Positions 27,337 to 41,394 of a stretch of 64,000 nucleotides of DNA are shown here, one piece after another. Position numbers and translations under genes: made by a program. The notes beneath the pieces are model-generated. The model had not been told where the DNA came from, searched no databases, and saw only the letters and a program-made list of their open reading frames with translations. This DNA comes from Takakia lepidozioides. Taxonomy: Eukaryota > Plantae > Bryophyta. The stretch covers positions 36,270,001 through 36,334,000 of the forward strand of contig CM060733.1 in assembly GCA_030704615.1 (NCBI GenBank), read 5' to 3'. Every line of letters starts with the position of its first letter. The first letter of the stretch is position 1.

Positions 27337-27344
27337 ACTTAGAT

Positions 27345-27620
27345 GACACTGGACACTTGAGGCCTCTACACTCTAAGTCTAAGTGCAATCCCTTATGTAT
27401 TCAAGTAGCGTCTCCTATATCAAGGCCCATATGTGAAGAATTGAAATCTAAACCCAAGTGTCATTTCTTATGTATCCAAGTGGGTCTCCTATGTTGAGGC
27501 CCAAGTGCGACCTCTTGTGTAGCCTATGCCGTTGGCCCATGTGTGAAGAATTGAAATCTAAACCCAAGTGCAATCTTCTATTTATGTATCCAAGTGCATC
27601 GACATTGGACACTTGGGCCA
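27345..27620. repeat. ~110-bp tandem-unit dispersed repeat; inverted relative at ~49115-49370
   Basis: cccat.tgtgaagaattgaaatctaaacccaagtg at ~27426 and ~27536; the reverse complement gaattcaattcttc.cacatggg occurs twice near 49150-49290. Confidence 0.7.
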
Positions 27621-29338
27621 ACGGAAGAGGCTACCCTAGTACATTTTAACAATCAATATATGAAGCGAGATGTTTGTTTGTTTTGTAGTGTTGAGGGCCA
27701 AAGAACGATTCTCCCCAAGGATCGAATCGCCTTACTGCAACAACATTGCTTGCGACGCTCATGATGCCGCTTTTGGCATCACCTTGAGCAAAGGTTCACC
27801 TTGAACCCTTTTTGACTAGGAAGATAACCTTGAACCAACCGTGCGCCCCAATCACTACAATTGGGTCCGCTTGAAATGTTGGCTTGAGGTACAGGAAGAT
27901 ACCTACATGAAGAGCCAAAAGCCGCAACTCGCTTCCTCCGGCAAGCTGTTGGCTGCAACTGTTGGTCTAATATCCTAATACCAACTTGACCCTAACTTAG
28001 AAACACCAAGCTTGACACTGCTCCCAAGTACCTTGTAAACGCCAAGCTCGTGAAACACCAAGCACGCCAAACGACACGGTCCAGCCAAGTTCTTATTAAT
28101 CGTTCGAAACAAGAAGAGTCATCTTTAACCCGCCGCTGGCTTGCATCGTTGTTCGCAGGCTGGTTGCACGTCTCTATAACATAATGAACACTCAAACTAA
28201 CAGTAACAATCTCTAACAAATAATATTCATCTGGATCATGACCTGAAACAAAATTTCTCTCTAACGCTAATTCTCCACCCTACAAATCTCACTAACACTA
28301 ATACTCCAGACTTGTCTTGCAAATCTAAGGTACTCTCCTTGCTCACAAAGATTCTACGCTCACATTTCGCTTGCTCCACGCTCTCACTATCTCCCTCACA
28401 CAGCCCGATCGAGCACCCTGGCTGAAAACAAAAACCAAAAGAGAGAGAGAGCTCTCTCTTTCACGATATAGACTTGGCAAATCGCTCATCTTTCTCACCG
28501 TCGGATCTGAGCCAGATCCGACGGTTGTGCTGTTTTTCCTTGGATGGAAAGAATGGATGTAGGGTGGATAGTCCATGCATCCATCCAAATCCATAACTAG
28601 CTACTTTGGGGGCCTTGCAACATCCATTATGGCGGGTAAGCGGCGCCTCCAAAAACACATTATGGGTCCATTAATGTGAGAATAAAGTGCAGATCTTGTC
28701 CCCCCCCCCGCTTAATTCCTCTTGGCATGCACTCAATGGACATTCAACGGTCGGGATCGTGCAGATTAAGAGGATAAAAAATGGACCTCCACACATCCGC
28801 GGATTTTGATTGGGCCGTCATCTGTACATGGCAGAAATTCATCCATCATGACCAATATTTCATCCAGGTTATGGTGAAGTAATCACCATTTTGACCTTGA
28901 TTAGTTTGATTAGTTCGATAAATTCGATCCCCTAGATAAATTTGATTAAATGTGGTATATGCATAAAGATCATATTCTCAAATTCTTTTTATTTTCTTCT
29001 TTAAAACAAAAAGATGAAGTGACAGCTCAAAATTGAGGCTCTTTACAAGGGGCGGGGGAAGAATGGGAGGGGATAAAATTGACCCTTAGTGACCGATCAG
29101 GATTTGAGCCTCAGACCACTGACGTGATGTGCACCATATACTGAATTGTGTCACTTACCATTATGGCGGGCCCCCACGAGTAGTTATGGCGGACAAGGGG
29201 GTGGCTCCGTGGCGAGCCGAAGGGCATGTGGGGTTTTTCTAAATGACTGCGCACACGTGGTAGCCTCACAATGGCCCAAATATTCTTCAAAGTCATTTTT
29301 CTGACTACCAATTTCATACCAAATTTTCGATAAATAAG

Positions 29339-32095
29339 GATTGTCACTATGCAATGATGTATACTAATGGCACGGCTATTGAGGCTGTTCTAATTGATGA
29401 AATATTCCATATACTATTTTTCGATAAGTCCACATCATCTGCAATCATACCAACTGGGTGTGTATATTTCATTTTGGTCTCATAAAGTCACATTTGTTTT
29501 TAGTCCAAATTTCGTTATATTCACGTAGACAACTTTTTAGATGAATTGGTTGTGAATGTATCAAATGTTTAGTCTTAGACATGTTCTTATAAGCATTTTT
29601 ACATAGGTGCTCATACTACCAAATAGGTACGGAGTACTCTACCGGAGATCCTATTGAATTGGATGGAATGATAGGCTTCAGTAGAAACGATCTTGGATTT
29701 TCTTACACCTTGAAAGCACAAGGCATCATCAATAAGAATGTGATAGGTCAATGTTTATCATCAATTGAATTTGGAAATACTGGAGAGCCCTTTGACAAAA
29801 CTATGGCAGGATACTTGCTCTTGGGAGATTATGATGGTATTCCGTATCAAGGAATGAATGGGACTCCGATGGTTGAATTCCACCGAATTATGTAAGTTAG
29901 CAATTGTCAATTTGTATACTTACTTCTCACGGGAGCACATCCAACGATTTTAAGGTGGACGTGAGACTTAACAATCTGGTTGTTGTGGGTGCCTGTGAAT
30001 TTTGTATAGCTTTATCGTAATGAGATACAGTGTGCAGAAGGGATAGCATGTCGCGCTATTTAAACTTGTACCGTATGAAAATTCATTGGCCTTGTCATAT
30101 TGAAAGAAATTTGTAGATACATTAACATAGTAGAAAGTATATATAGTAGAAAGGGTATTTAAGGTCACTTGAGAAAAAGATCTTCAAACAATTATGCATA
30201 AATTTACGGTGTGAAGTTTATAGCTTGCATATGGTTGATTAAAGTTTTTTTTCCCTCTTTTTCTTCACAATCTTTTGAGAACACATACAATCATGCATTA
30301 TGTGGCATGATTATAGATATCCATATGCATATGAGACGGACATAATCAGTGATTCGTACGGGAAGAAAATAATTTATGAAAATACACATGGATCACATGT
30401 TTTATTTGACAATGGCCATTCAACAACACATTTCACTGAGAAACTCCACCACACAATTTTTTCAGAGGTAATGACTTAATTGTCACTAGTTTTTAACAAA
30501 TAAAATATTAATCCCATAGTATATCTATAGAAAGTGATAGTTTACTAAAAACAAATTCATAAATCAGAACAGGTACATAAAGATGCCATTGTTCATGGCT
30601 TCAGAAAAGTGGAGGCTCTACCAGCTATACATTATGTTGGACCAATTTGGGAATTTCCTAGCACTTTGTAAGTACTATGCTCTTGCTTGATTGGAAATTT
30701 GTTTAGTCCAAATTAGTATCATAGAAAATACGTAATAGTAACATAGAACTTTGGCATTAAATTAGATAGAACAGAATCAATTGTAGGGGAATATAATTTA
30801 CACAATATCATTGGTGGTGGATCAAGAATAATTCTTTTGGTTGCCCAATAATCTAAATTGTTTGTTTCTCACCAATTTCAGTGTAAAAATATATTATGTG
30901 GGTGTTTTAAGTTTATATCATACCAACTATTCTCTTTGGGACGTTATATATATTCCGAACTTACTTTTGATTCCAATTTAAAAAGAAAAACAAACCATCT
31001 GCCTTGCCTCAAAATTTTCAGAGGTGTCGGGGAGATACTCTATTGATTGATCACCCCCCCCCACCCCCGAAGTGTATCAAATTTCAATAAGTTGCTATAA
31101 GTACTACTAAGCAAAGAAATTTTGAGGTGGATAAAAAGAGCCTAATACCCATTACAATTGTAATGCAAAATCTCATGCAATAAAATTGCAAGATAAATCT
31201 ATATGAACTTGGTAGGCTCCATTAGCTCGCATAATTGAACTATCATTAATATCTATACTGGATACAATTTGTCTGAGTTCAATAAGCTGAAATTGGAAAG
31301 GTGAACATCAACATCTATAGAGGAAGTCCAATTACCACACACAATAGAAGTTCAACAAGGAGTTATTTTACTTTTTATTTATTTATCTCCCCCCCCCCTT
31401 CCCCCAACTGGTGTGACTCCTAAATTTCTTTAATTTGATTAAAAGGGCTACCCTTTTTTTTTTTTTTAAACGATTACTTTTCATTTAATTGTCTGCAGTA
31501 CAGTCCCATGCTTTCTTTCTTCTTCTTCTTTTTCTTTTTTTTTTCGGGGTTTGGAAATGTTTATGTTTTCTTTTTACAATCAAATCCAAAGTCTAATTCA
31601 GCTTATATCGAACACATTAGGCCATAATACCTTTAGTTCTTAGAAAGCTGAAAAGCCATTGTATGTATATGTTGCCTATGAATCTTTGATATTGTATTTA
31701 AAGTTGTAGTTTTGGAGAGAGGGAGAGAGGGAGAGAGAGGGCCTATGTATATAAGAGCCGATTTCCCCTAGTAGTACCCCCCCCCCCCCCCCTGGGGCTC
31801 TATTAGTGTAATATATTGTTATGAGAAAAAACTTGGCTCGAAATAAGGCGGAAACAAAAAAAAGCTCAAAGTTTGTGCCATAAGTGTTGAATTAGTAGAT
31901 CCTGCTACATATATGTAGTAGTTTTGGACTTAACCAAATCTGACCTGAATGAGACAGCCCAGATCCATTACGAGTGTTTCGACCTTTGACTTTCAAGTTT
32001 AAAAGCATGTCTTACATTTTACCAACTGTGGTGGACATGGCACCAGCGATGGTCCTACAACCTCCAGTGTTCCTTACCTCTTCAATTTTCAGGGT
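29339..32095 (+). pseudogene. A1 aspartic protease (nucellin/Asp1-like) exon remnants
   Basis: Spliceable exons DCHYAMMYTNG...PTG|CSYYQ...DGMIGF...LKAQGIINKNVIGQCL...GYLLLGD; VLFDNGHSTTHF (a degenerate DSG motif, ~30400); FRPLTFKF (~31980). The N-terminal DTG motif was not found. Confidence 0.65.
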
Positions 32096-33366
32096 AAGTT
32101 ACTACAATGTGTAATGGAATGATTGACTAATCTAAAAACCTTGAGGTCGATCAATTTGATTTATGTAGTTACCAGGAAAATAGTTTGTCCGCGTTCCCGT
32201 CTTCTTGCATTTTGCGTTGCATCTGCTAATAAATTTTCCACTAAATAGACTAATCTCATAAAGTTTTAACCAAAACATATATTTTCTCAGAAATTTTAAT
32301 TTGCTATTGGCACTTCAGTGGATAATTGAAAATGGGTTATGTTGGGCTGTAGCAAAGAACCTATGTGCAATACAATGCGTACCCTCAAGACCCGCAGACA
32401 ACATCTGGAATGGATATACGTGTTTTTGGCGGTATATTCTCAATATCAAGATCATTTGATTGACCATGTAATAGGATAGCATAGGAGTGATGGGCTTTTA
32501 TACATAACTCATTCAAGCAAATTGATAAGATCACTCAAGGTTTTAGCTGACCATGTGAAACTTGGCATTTATTTATTTTACAATCATGCTATAATTTGTA
32601 TCAGTTTTCATTTTCCTCGATTGCAATGCAGAAAGAAAATACTAATTCACTGGCGGAAAACAAATGACAGAGGGGTTGGAAGATTTGCAGCTAGGGTTTC
32701 ATTATCGTGTTTGATAATGAAAGGGATTGGATCGGATGGAAGGAGAAGAAAGATTGTCGGAGCACACCCAAGGTGTGAGACTGGTACCCCTCAAACTATT
32801 GGGGTTGATTTTATTTATCTATATAAATAATTCAAATAAATGAAGCATTAAATATTTTAAATAACTTCTGTTTTATTGAATTGCTGACGGTAGGATATTC
32901 ACCCTGGTTGGGGTTATTGAAGCAAGTGCGTGCAATTGACAACTTGAAATCAGGTACCTATACACATTCCAATTTACTGTTATCATTCTTTCCCATGACC
33001 GTCTTTTGGGCTTAGATTGTTTTTAAAGTTCATGGTACTCTGTCCTGAAATGGCACTGGATGCGCTCAATCCTTCCGTCCGCATAAAAATGACAGTGTTT
33101 TAAAGCATGGAGAGTGTCTTCTCGCCCAACTGCCGTCCGGTGGACTCTATGTTGTAGGGTATATATATCACGGTATTTTCGGAAATGTTGTTATGGTAAT
33201 TGCCACTAATATTTCCAGCGGGTATCATCGAATCTGGATGTTCTAGTTTTCATACCCGCTGATATGGTTAGTCACCGGATATAAAAAAAAATTGGCCGGA
33301 TCTGGATCGGGAGACAGATATCTGGGTTAATATCCAGATGGGTCCATATCCGCCCAACACTGGTCA

Positions 33367-33537
33367 AAACATGCATTATAAACTATTATGTTGTGTTATT
33401 CCATAGGACGTACATGGGGGCAGGAAAATTGTTAGGACAACAACATTCCCTTATGGCCGTTAGAAATGTTGACCTTAAGAAAAAATTGGAGCCAAATTAG
33501 CCCTATGGAATAACACAACAATAGTTAATGCATGTTT
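33367..33537. mobile_element. MITE-like element with ~40-bp inverted ends
   Basis: aaacatgcatta...gttgtgttattccatagg pairs with cctatggaataacacaac..taatgcatgttt. Confidence 0.65.
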
Positions 33538-36500
33538 CAACGACACAATTTCCTCATTTTTTCGTTTAAATGCTGATATATTTATATACAATTATGTCGC
33601 GCCCGCGGCCCCATCCATTACTATTTATCTTAGAAGAAATATTTATTCGCTCCATTCAGTATGCTACCTTATATTAGTCGATACGGTTTCAAATTTGTAG
33701 TATACTGTGCATTCTTTCAAATTTGCGATGGAAATGTCGTGTAAAAATCAGTGAATATTGAGATTTTGTTTTGGTTCAGCTTTGTGACGACATCTCGTGT
33801 CTGAGACCAGCGTTCTTCTTCACCATTCACCTCCCCTAACTTGCTGGAACTATTGTGTGGATTCTGTCACAGATCAATGGATACCGTTGCCCAGTTGGTG
33901 CATTTGCTACCCTTTGGTTGTTTTACAAAGTGATTCATTGACTATTTAGGGTTTAGAATCCTCTATCACTCTGTTGATGTATATTCCCATGCTCATCAGC
34001 ACAGGTGGTTCCAGACCAAAAATTGTACAGACCAGTAGGAAAGTTCAGAAATTTTTGTAATTGGCTTTGTGCATGCCAGCAATTTGCATTGGTGAAGAAG
34101 CAGGAGGTGGGCATGCATGTTACATGATCCCCAAATTGAGAACTTGATTCATCTCCATCTAGCATGATAGGGAACTGGTTGTGATTTATTGTAAGGCTGT
34201 TGCTACCTTCACATCTCTCCCCAATCATTTGCCGCAAATCATGACTGTAGAAGATATGCTCTGAGAGACTGTTTTCCTTCTTGTCCACTTTGTGGGAGAG
34301 AAATGCAGTGTCATTCCAAAGCAGGCCATGGGGAATATAAATGTATGGCAAGCTTGCACGAGGAAAAATGCTGCTGGGGTGCACCAGCCGAGTTTTGATA
34401 TGGCCAAGGAGCTGGATTGCCCTGCTTGGTTTGCTATGTTGTTTTTGGAAGGGACCACCTCTTTGTGCATCAGCTACCCAAACAGCAATTCACCAGGGCT
34501 AGAATTGGAGTTAGAACTTTGACAGGAGTGGCTGAAGAAGGTGCCAGAAAATTGAGGATAAAATCTTCAACCCCAAAATATGTTTAACTTCACAAATCTT
34601 TGTGAGACAAGCCCCAAGACATGAGCCTAATTCCCAGGTCACACAAATTCCTGAGATACAAGGGTAACTCCTAAGAGGCTCCTTACACTTGGATCCCACA
34701 GGCATGTCCTGCTAGAACCACCAGGGGAGGGACTTATCAATAGCATAGATTACACATAGCCTCAGCAGTCAAAGAAAGTGCCAGTTACCTCCCTGATTTC
34801 CTTCCAAAATGTAATTAGCATCCATTTCATGCAAGGAGTCATCGAGAATCAAGATCCAAGGATGGTTAACCTTCTGGTGCATTTTTAAAGCTCTCAAACA
34901 CAGCAAAAGCAGGAACTTCTGAAGAGGGTAGGCTGTGAACTGCACCAGAATTTGTGAACCACCCTCATCACCTGTGGGGTGGTAATGAATTCTCTCACTT
35001 GCTGGTAGCTTATGCTTCAGAAGTAGGCAACCTACTTGATTTTAACTTCAGTCTAGTGCTTATCATGAGGATGCTTGAGCAACTCTCTGAGTGACAACTT
35101 GAACTGAGAAGCAGCTTCGCACTTGATAACAAATTATTCACAGGTACGAAAATCTTCTCCCTCCATAACGGAGGCCCTGTGGCAGGAGACAGGGCGAAAC
35201 AAAGTGAGAGAGAGGTTGGGGTACTGATTACACCCTGTTTAGAAAAAAGTTATGTGGGACAGAGTGCGCAACGGCGTAAGCCAGATAAACCCTTAACTCT
35301 GACAGGCTTATTATTAGGATGTATATCCTAATGCTCACCCTCTTGCGCTATGAGGCATTATAGGACCACACAGATTGAGCACTGGGGGTAGTATAAAAGC
35401 CTCCAATGTTGCGCGGCCTCTCCGAATGGCTGTGCAATATGGTGGACCAGGGCGCACTGCCAGTTCCAGCTGACCAACTGCTGCGCTCCTTCATTCCACT
35501 TTCTGCCTGCAAAATTGTCCTGCAACTCTCCACCATCCATCAGATCAGTACTAGACAGCAGTCTTGTATCAGCTTACTCCGACATTTGTGTTTAAACTTC
35601 TAGATACCCTAAGCCTGACACAATGAGCCACCATACACATTGGACCTTTAGATGCTTTCTGTATCTGCAACCAGTCACTTAGGGTCAATCTCTGCCCACA
35701 ACATGCTGCCACTGGATGTCTCCAGGCTAAGTGGCAACAAAACCAGTTACACTTGCAAACATTTTCAACGGAAGTTCCTGTCACTTTCTATCCCGTAAGA
35801 CTACAGAAGCAAGATTCAAATAAGATTGTGAGAAAAGAAAGAAAAATACTTGCATGAGCATCCAAACTTCTCTCAACCTCAGCAACACATTAAGGGAGCT
35901 CCAGCAGAACTACAAAGGAAAGAAGCCCTCACAGGCAACCCATTGTGGGGTAAAACTATAAATAGAAAGCCCAATCCAGCAGTCTAATTCCTGTCCAGCA
36001 GCTGCTGAAGAAACCCAGCATTCACTCTCGGAAACCATATCAGAGAAAATCTGAAACCCCATGAGACCTACCACATGATTCTTCAAACACCAAGAAGGGG
36101 CTCAATGGAGCAAGAAAGAAACCAAGTTTTCCTTTCAGAGTCTCAGAACCTCCTTTGCAAACTTCTAATGAAGAGAAGGGAGTTTCAAGCCAGTGGTTAG
36201 GGCACTGTGACAGCACTTAGCTTGGTCCTGGGTTCACATCCACAGGCAAATGCTTTTAGTTGCTGAGCACAGTTAACCCAACTCCAAGGGAGTTATCAAC
36301 AAGCTGACTGTTGGCTCTTCAGGATGACAAGACATGCAGGAAGAGCATGCAGTATGTCTGAGCAACTGGTCAACAGGAGACTCTTAGAAATCTGACTTGT
36401 TGAAGGAGCCCAGCACTCCAGAATGGACCACATCTACCGCAGCAGTGAAGGGGTCCATGATCATGCAGCAATAACTGGAACTAATACCAATAGATCAGTT

Positions 36501-38714
36501 TCTCAGCCAGAAGTGGCCAGAACTTTGTAGAGGCACCTCCTTGGGCCTCTAATCTTAGGATGAAATCCAAAAAACATGTCATAGGGAGAAAAGTGACTGT
36601 GCACTTCTTCCCGTCCAATGACTCTTTCCTCCTCCCCAGTCTGTGGGTTTGAAAGAAGGGTCCATCAATCCCATCCTCTGCTGTATGTTGACTTCAAAAC
36701 CTGGATAAATACAGTGTGAGATTCTCCATTGCGGCAGAGGTATGAACCCAAATGGGGTAAACCTGCAGATAAAACTGGCCAAGCTCTTAGTCCACTTTGC
36801 AAAACTAGTGGCTGGACCCAGATGAGGGAACATCTTTGTCCTACAAGAATTTTGGGCTAGGGTTAGGTCCGATTCAATGTCTCATGTCTCTAAGAAAGTT
36901 CGAAGAACCTCTGATGACCACCAAGCCACGAAACCTTTCCACCTTTGTTTGGCAAGGCGTTCACTTAGTGCTTAGCTAAGAATTGAGGATTCACTTTGCT
37001 CAGAGCTTGTGCAGCTACGAGAATGAGGCAAGTTTAGGGCTTGAGGTGGAGTGCTGCCTCCTCTTCTCCCCTTGAGCAAAGAAAACTTCTGCCCCTCGCT
37101 TCAGAGCTCTTCAGCCACTAGCTTCACCTGGAGTGAGGTCTCCAACTTCAAAGCTCTCCTACCATTCAACTCTTCCACTAACCGCACGTTTGTTGTGTAA
37201 TCTGCAACAGCATCATTTGGTTTCCACTTAGTTACGTAATAGGAACTCCTATTTTGTGCTGTAGAATGCTGGAGGTCGTCCTTACAGCCCTATAGGATAG
37301 CACTTTGTTTGGAATTTGAACATCTTGTGACAAGGTGTTCTAATGGTAGACAAAGAGAAAGCCAAGACCTTGTTCAGTACTTAAAAGCTGATGACACAAA
37401 TCTCATTATTGTCCCGAACACATCAACAGTCACATGGTTCGACCTCCCAAAAGAGTGGACAACAGGTATTGATGATGGTTGCTGCCAATCAGAGGATCTA
37501 CAGCCTACATCACAAATAATCACCCAGAATCTCAGTTTACGTTTGTGCTAACCAGAGGCAGGTTACATCAACCGGCTATCTCTTGGCTTGTGGATGTGTT
37601 CTCCTTGACCAGTCCCTGTTGACATTGTTGTCAAGTGCTCAGCAATAGCAAGATACTAAGTCACATCCAATCACTGGCAGGAGGGATCTGAAGAGGGAGG
37701 TAGCTCTATTCTGGAGGTGCAACTTGAAATCCTTACTTCTTGCAGGTCCTGATTATGCCTTACTTTCATCTGCTACATGGTTGCAAGCTTGCCTTGCTGG
37801 GTGTCTAAATTTACATTTCCATGCTTTCAAGCATGTGTCTCTTACCACTCCTTGCCAGTTCCTGCCCCTGTCGAGTTATTTGGATCGGATGCTGGCCTTA
37901 TCTGGCATCTCCCTTTTCAAGCATTTTCATTTTGCTTTTTAAATTCATGGAAGGCGGGTTAGCCTGGCCACCGTAAGACTTGGGCTGCTAAACCTGTCTC
38001 GGGTATCATGTTTTGGTCATGATACTTATATTCATACCAATATGTGGAAAAAAAAATACATCCACCATTAAATAGACGGACTGGTATGAAAATTTTGTGA
38101 TACGTCTGGTACCATGACCAGTCTGGTATGTAAAAAACTTGATACCAGTCCAACACTGGTATCAACCAGGGTATTGAATAACCGACCCGGCTGGTATTGG
38201 CTATTGATACTATGGCTAATAACCGAACCAGCTGGTGTTGGCAATTCCAATACTAGGGTTAGTGCAATACCACACTAGCATCCAAGAAGGTCAGATCATA
38301 TCCAACCCAAACCAATTGGGAAGTTTAAGTCACAAGCCCAATAGAAAGCTCAACTATAATCCTGACAACCCCATTAAACTGGACCAAAGCCTCAGCAGTC
38401 AAAAAAGTATTCACACAGAGAAGTAACCTGCTCTCAGACTGCACAGATGGTATGCACTAAAGCCGTGACTTTAAAACACCAGGTAAGAAAGGGTAGAGTG
38501 TTCGAACAGGTATTTGGGGGGGTGGGGTAGGAGGGAAAGTGTTAAACCTGCTGCAACACCACTTGAATCAGATGACATACTTTGTTGGGTGACAAACTGA
38601 TACAACATGGCAAAACACCAAATTCCAAGGTATGATTGAGTTCAAAGAACATATAGTGTGGCAACGACAAAGGATCTCTCAAGAATCAACACAACCTCAG
38701 ATGATGAATGAAAC

Positions 38715-40263
38715 TTACCCACGAGCGAGGCGTGCTAGACTTTCACGATACTCAATAATTTGACCACGCAGAATGTGATTTGGCCGTAGGGTTTTGTCCA
38801 CGCCCGTTCCATTCCCACCTGGTGGGGGTGGCAATACTTCACCGGTTATGGGGCTCGTATCATGAGTCCTGAAAAGAAGTCAGATCCAAGATTAGCATAA
38901 ACATGTTGTTTTATTTGCCTGTCTTGATATTGGGATAGTCCACTGTCAAGAGGTCTCAACAGGAAGAGACCAACATTTCCACAACCACAAAAAGGACAAA
39001 GTAGCAATGTTGTACTTTGGGATTTCCTTCCTTGGAAGTGGTAAGGTCTTCATCTAAGTTCACTTGCAATTTCCAGCTTTTCTAAAGACGGTGGCACATT
39101 AATACAAGGCAGAGCAATTACACTCGTGGATTTGCATGTTACCAGATATTCATCTGTGGTTACACCCTGATGTGTTGTTTCAAAAGCTTTCCATTAGGAC
39201 AATGCTTAATATGTGAAGCATTATCCAAATTCATCACATACACATACACACAAATATCTTTCTTTTCATTACCTTAAGCTTTAACTATGTACACTAGACT
39301 TGCCATAGACTTGTTGCCATAGACCCCATCATCAACAAGCAAAAAAGAGAAAAGAGTGGGAGAGAGAACGAGATCACACAGAAAGGGAGGGTAAGGAAAG
39401 GTACGGAACTGGAGCCAGCGTAGAATCGCAGATCGCTCGTAGGAGTGACCATCGGCTGTAATAACTGGGTCCCTCATCACCTCCTGTGTGATGCAATCGA
39501 CAAATTCAGGAGGAACATGGGGCTGCTGCTGCAGCGCATCACTGTCATCCCAGATCCGCAGCGCCGACTCAAATGCCGACTGATCTGACCACAGGCTATG
39601 GCTGCTCAATGACAACGGGGCAGTGCAGCTCAAAAGATCACTGTCCAAAGTTCCCGTATGTTGCAGATGTGGTGAGAACAAGCAAGTAGGCAATTGAGTC
39701 TCAATTGAGACTGCGCTACTTGGACTCGCATCCTTGGATGCTGTTTCCAGTATTTCGGACCCCAGCGGAACCATCCAGGGTAGGGGATTCGAGTTGACAT
39801 TCAAAGTGGGGAGCTGAATCTGGTCCAGCTGTGGGGCATCCCACATTTTCCACTTTCCCTCACCAGAAATGGCCTCCTGCCCGTGGAATTCCAGTCCTCC
39901 AAGGCCTTGGCCCCTACCCCCAGAATTTGCCTCATCTCCCCAGGGCTCCAGAGTCTTTGGCAATTGATCTTTTGGCAAGGAATAATCTTGCAACGACCCC
40001 AAACCTGGAGCATGGATTGGTGGTTGCGGTGCAATAGGAACCATATTCCCCAGGTAATTGCTGACAGGAAGCCCTTGCCCAAACAATGTGTCAAAGGCAC
40101 CCTCTCCTGCATGCTCGATCAGGTCTCTATCCCCCAATGAAGGCTGGCTGTCCGTGACAGCACCTACAGCCAAAGAATTAGAGAATGGATGGGTGCCCCA
40201 TGATCTTGTCGGTGCCTCCACCACCTGCATTTCTCCAAGCATTCCCTGGTCATATTGCTGCAT
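38715..40263 (-). CDS. U-box domain protein (exons ~40263-39410 and 38868-38715)
   Basis: VPPEFVDCITQEVMRDPVITADGHSYERSAILRWLQ splices (CA|gt...ag|G) to THDTSPITGEVL...LRPNHILRGQIIEY. The 5' and 3' limits are uncertain. Confidence 0.85.
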
Positions 40264-41394
40264 GAGGTAGCTACTCTCTCGCTCTTAGGGCCTCCCCAGA
40301 TCGAATAACCGCAGCAGAAATTGACTTCTTCAGGGTCTCGCCTCCATGGCAGAGGCCTTTAGCTATGAAGACCTGAAGTAGGGACCTCCTTCTATGAGGC
40401 AGTACACCTTCATGCCACACTTCATTATTTCTTTGGCTTTGTCTTAGTGGTTCTGTTTCAGTTTTGCGTAACTTGGGCCCTGTAGGCCTCCTGTAGACAT
40501 AATGACTTCCGTTTTGCGTTCTTTCTTTCCTCTCTCAAAAAAGAGTGACGACCCTCAAAGTAGGAAAAGATAGCCACTAGTCAAATCTGTTGCAGCCCAT
40601 CCTCGAGGATTACAACTTGAATAACTCTCATGCTCTCCAGCACGTTGGCAATGCCAGCCATAAACCAACAATGTAATAGGACTGCCCTTGTCTCTGCTAA
40701 GGACATCGTGGGCTGAATCTCAGTTCCATCCGAGACTCAAAGAAGACAGCAGCAGTTCTATTTCACACGGTGGGTAGCAGGAACAGAGACAGTCATGTAC
40801 TGAACTTCCAATTCATGAAAAACACCAACCTCAGTGGTGCAGCCTGCAGAGCCTACTCAACACATTCTCTGATCAGTGCAATCAAACCTTAGCCATGAAT
40901 GGCATGGTGAACCAGAATAATGGTAGCTGGATTCTGATATGGCAGCTGTCCAGGAAGATTTGCTGCAAAGTCTTCACAAAGTCTTCATCTACCATATGTG
41001 ACCCAGACCACTGATTCCCTGAACCCCTGAAATTGCATTTGGGATTTCATGGACATTTCGACAGACTTATGTCGGCTCTTATATACCCACACAGCTGAGC
41101 CAAATTTCACGCTCTGCCTACATGGAAAGGGGGAGAACCGTGGCCTTGTGGCCATAGACCCTGAGGGAACGACACTACATTTGTGAGAGGCTCACTACAA
41201 GTGAGACCTACCTTGATATAACCAATGGACAGGGAGAGAGAGAGAGAGAGAGAAAGAGATTGCAAGGAGGCACAAGTAAAGGAACTGGAAAAGGAGCTAA
41301 AGAGAAGCCAACAGAGGATGTTGGAGACAAACTACAAACTCGCATGGAACCCTGCTAAACCAGAAGTAGGGTATTAAAAACCCTAGTAAAGAAC

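Noticed and set aside
33950-37750. Possible decayed ABC/SMC-like gene on the minus strand (PWILILDDSLHEMD near 34830-34870)
   Set aside because: Only one Walker-B-like peptide among many stops; a gene model cannot be supported.
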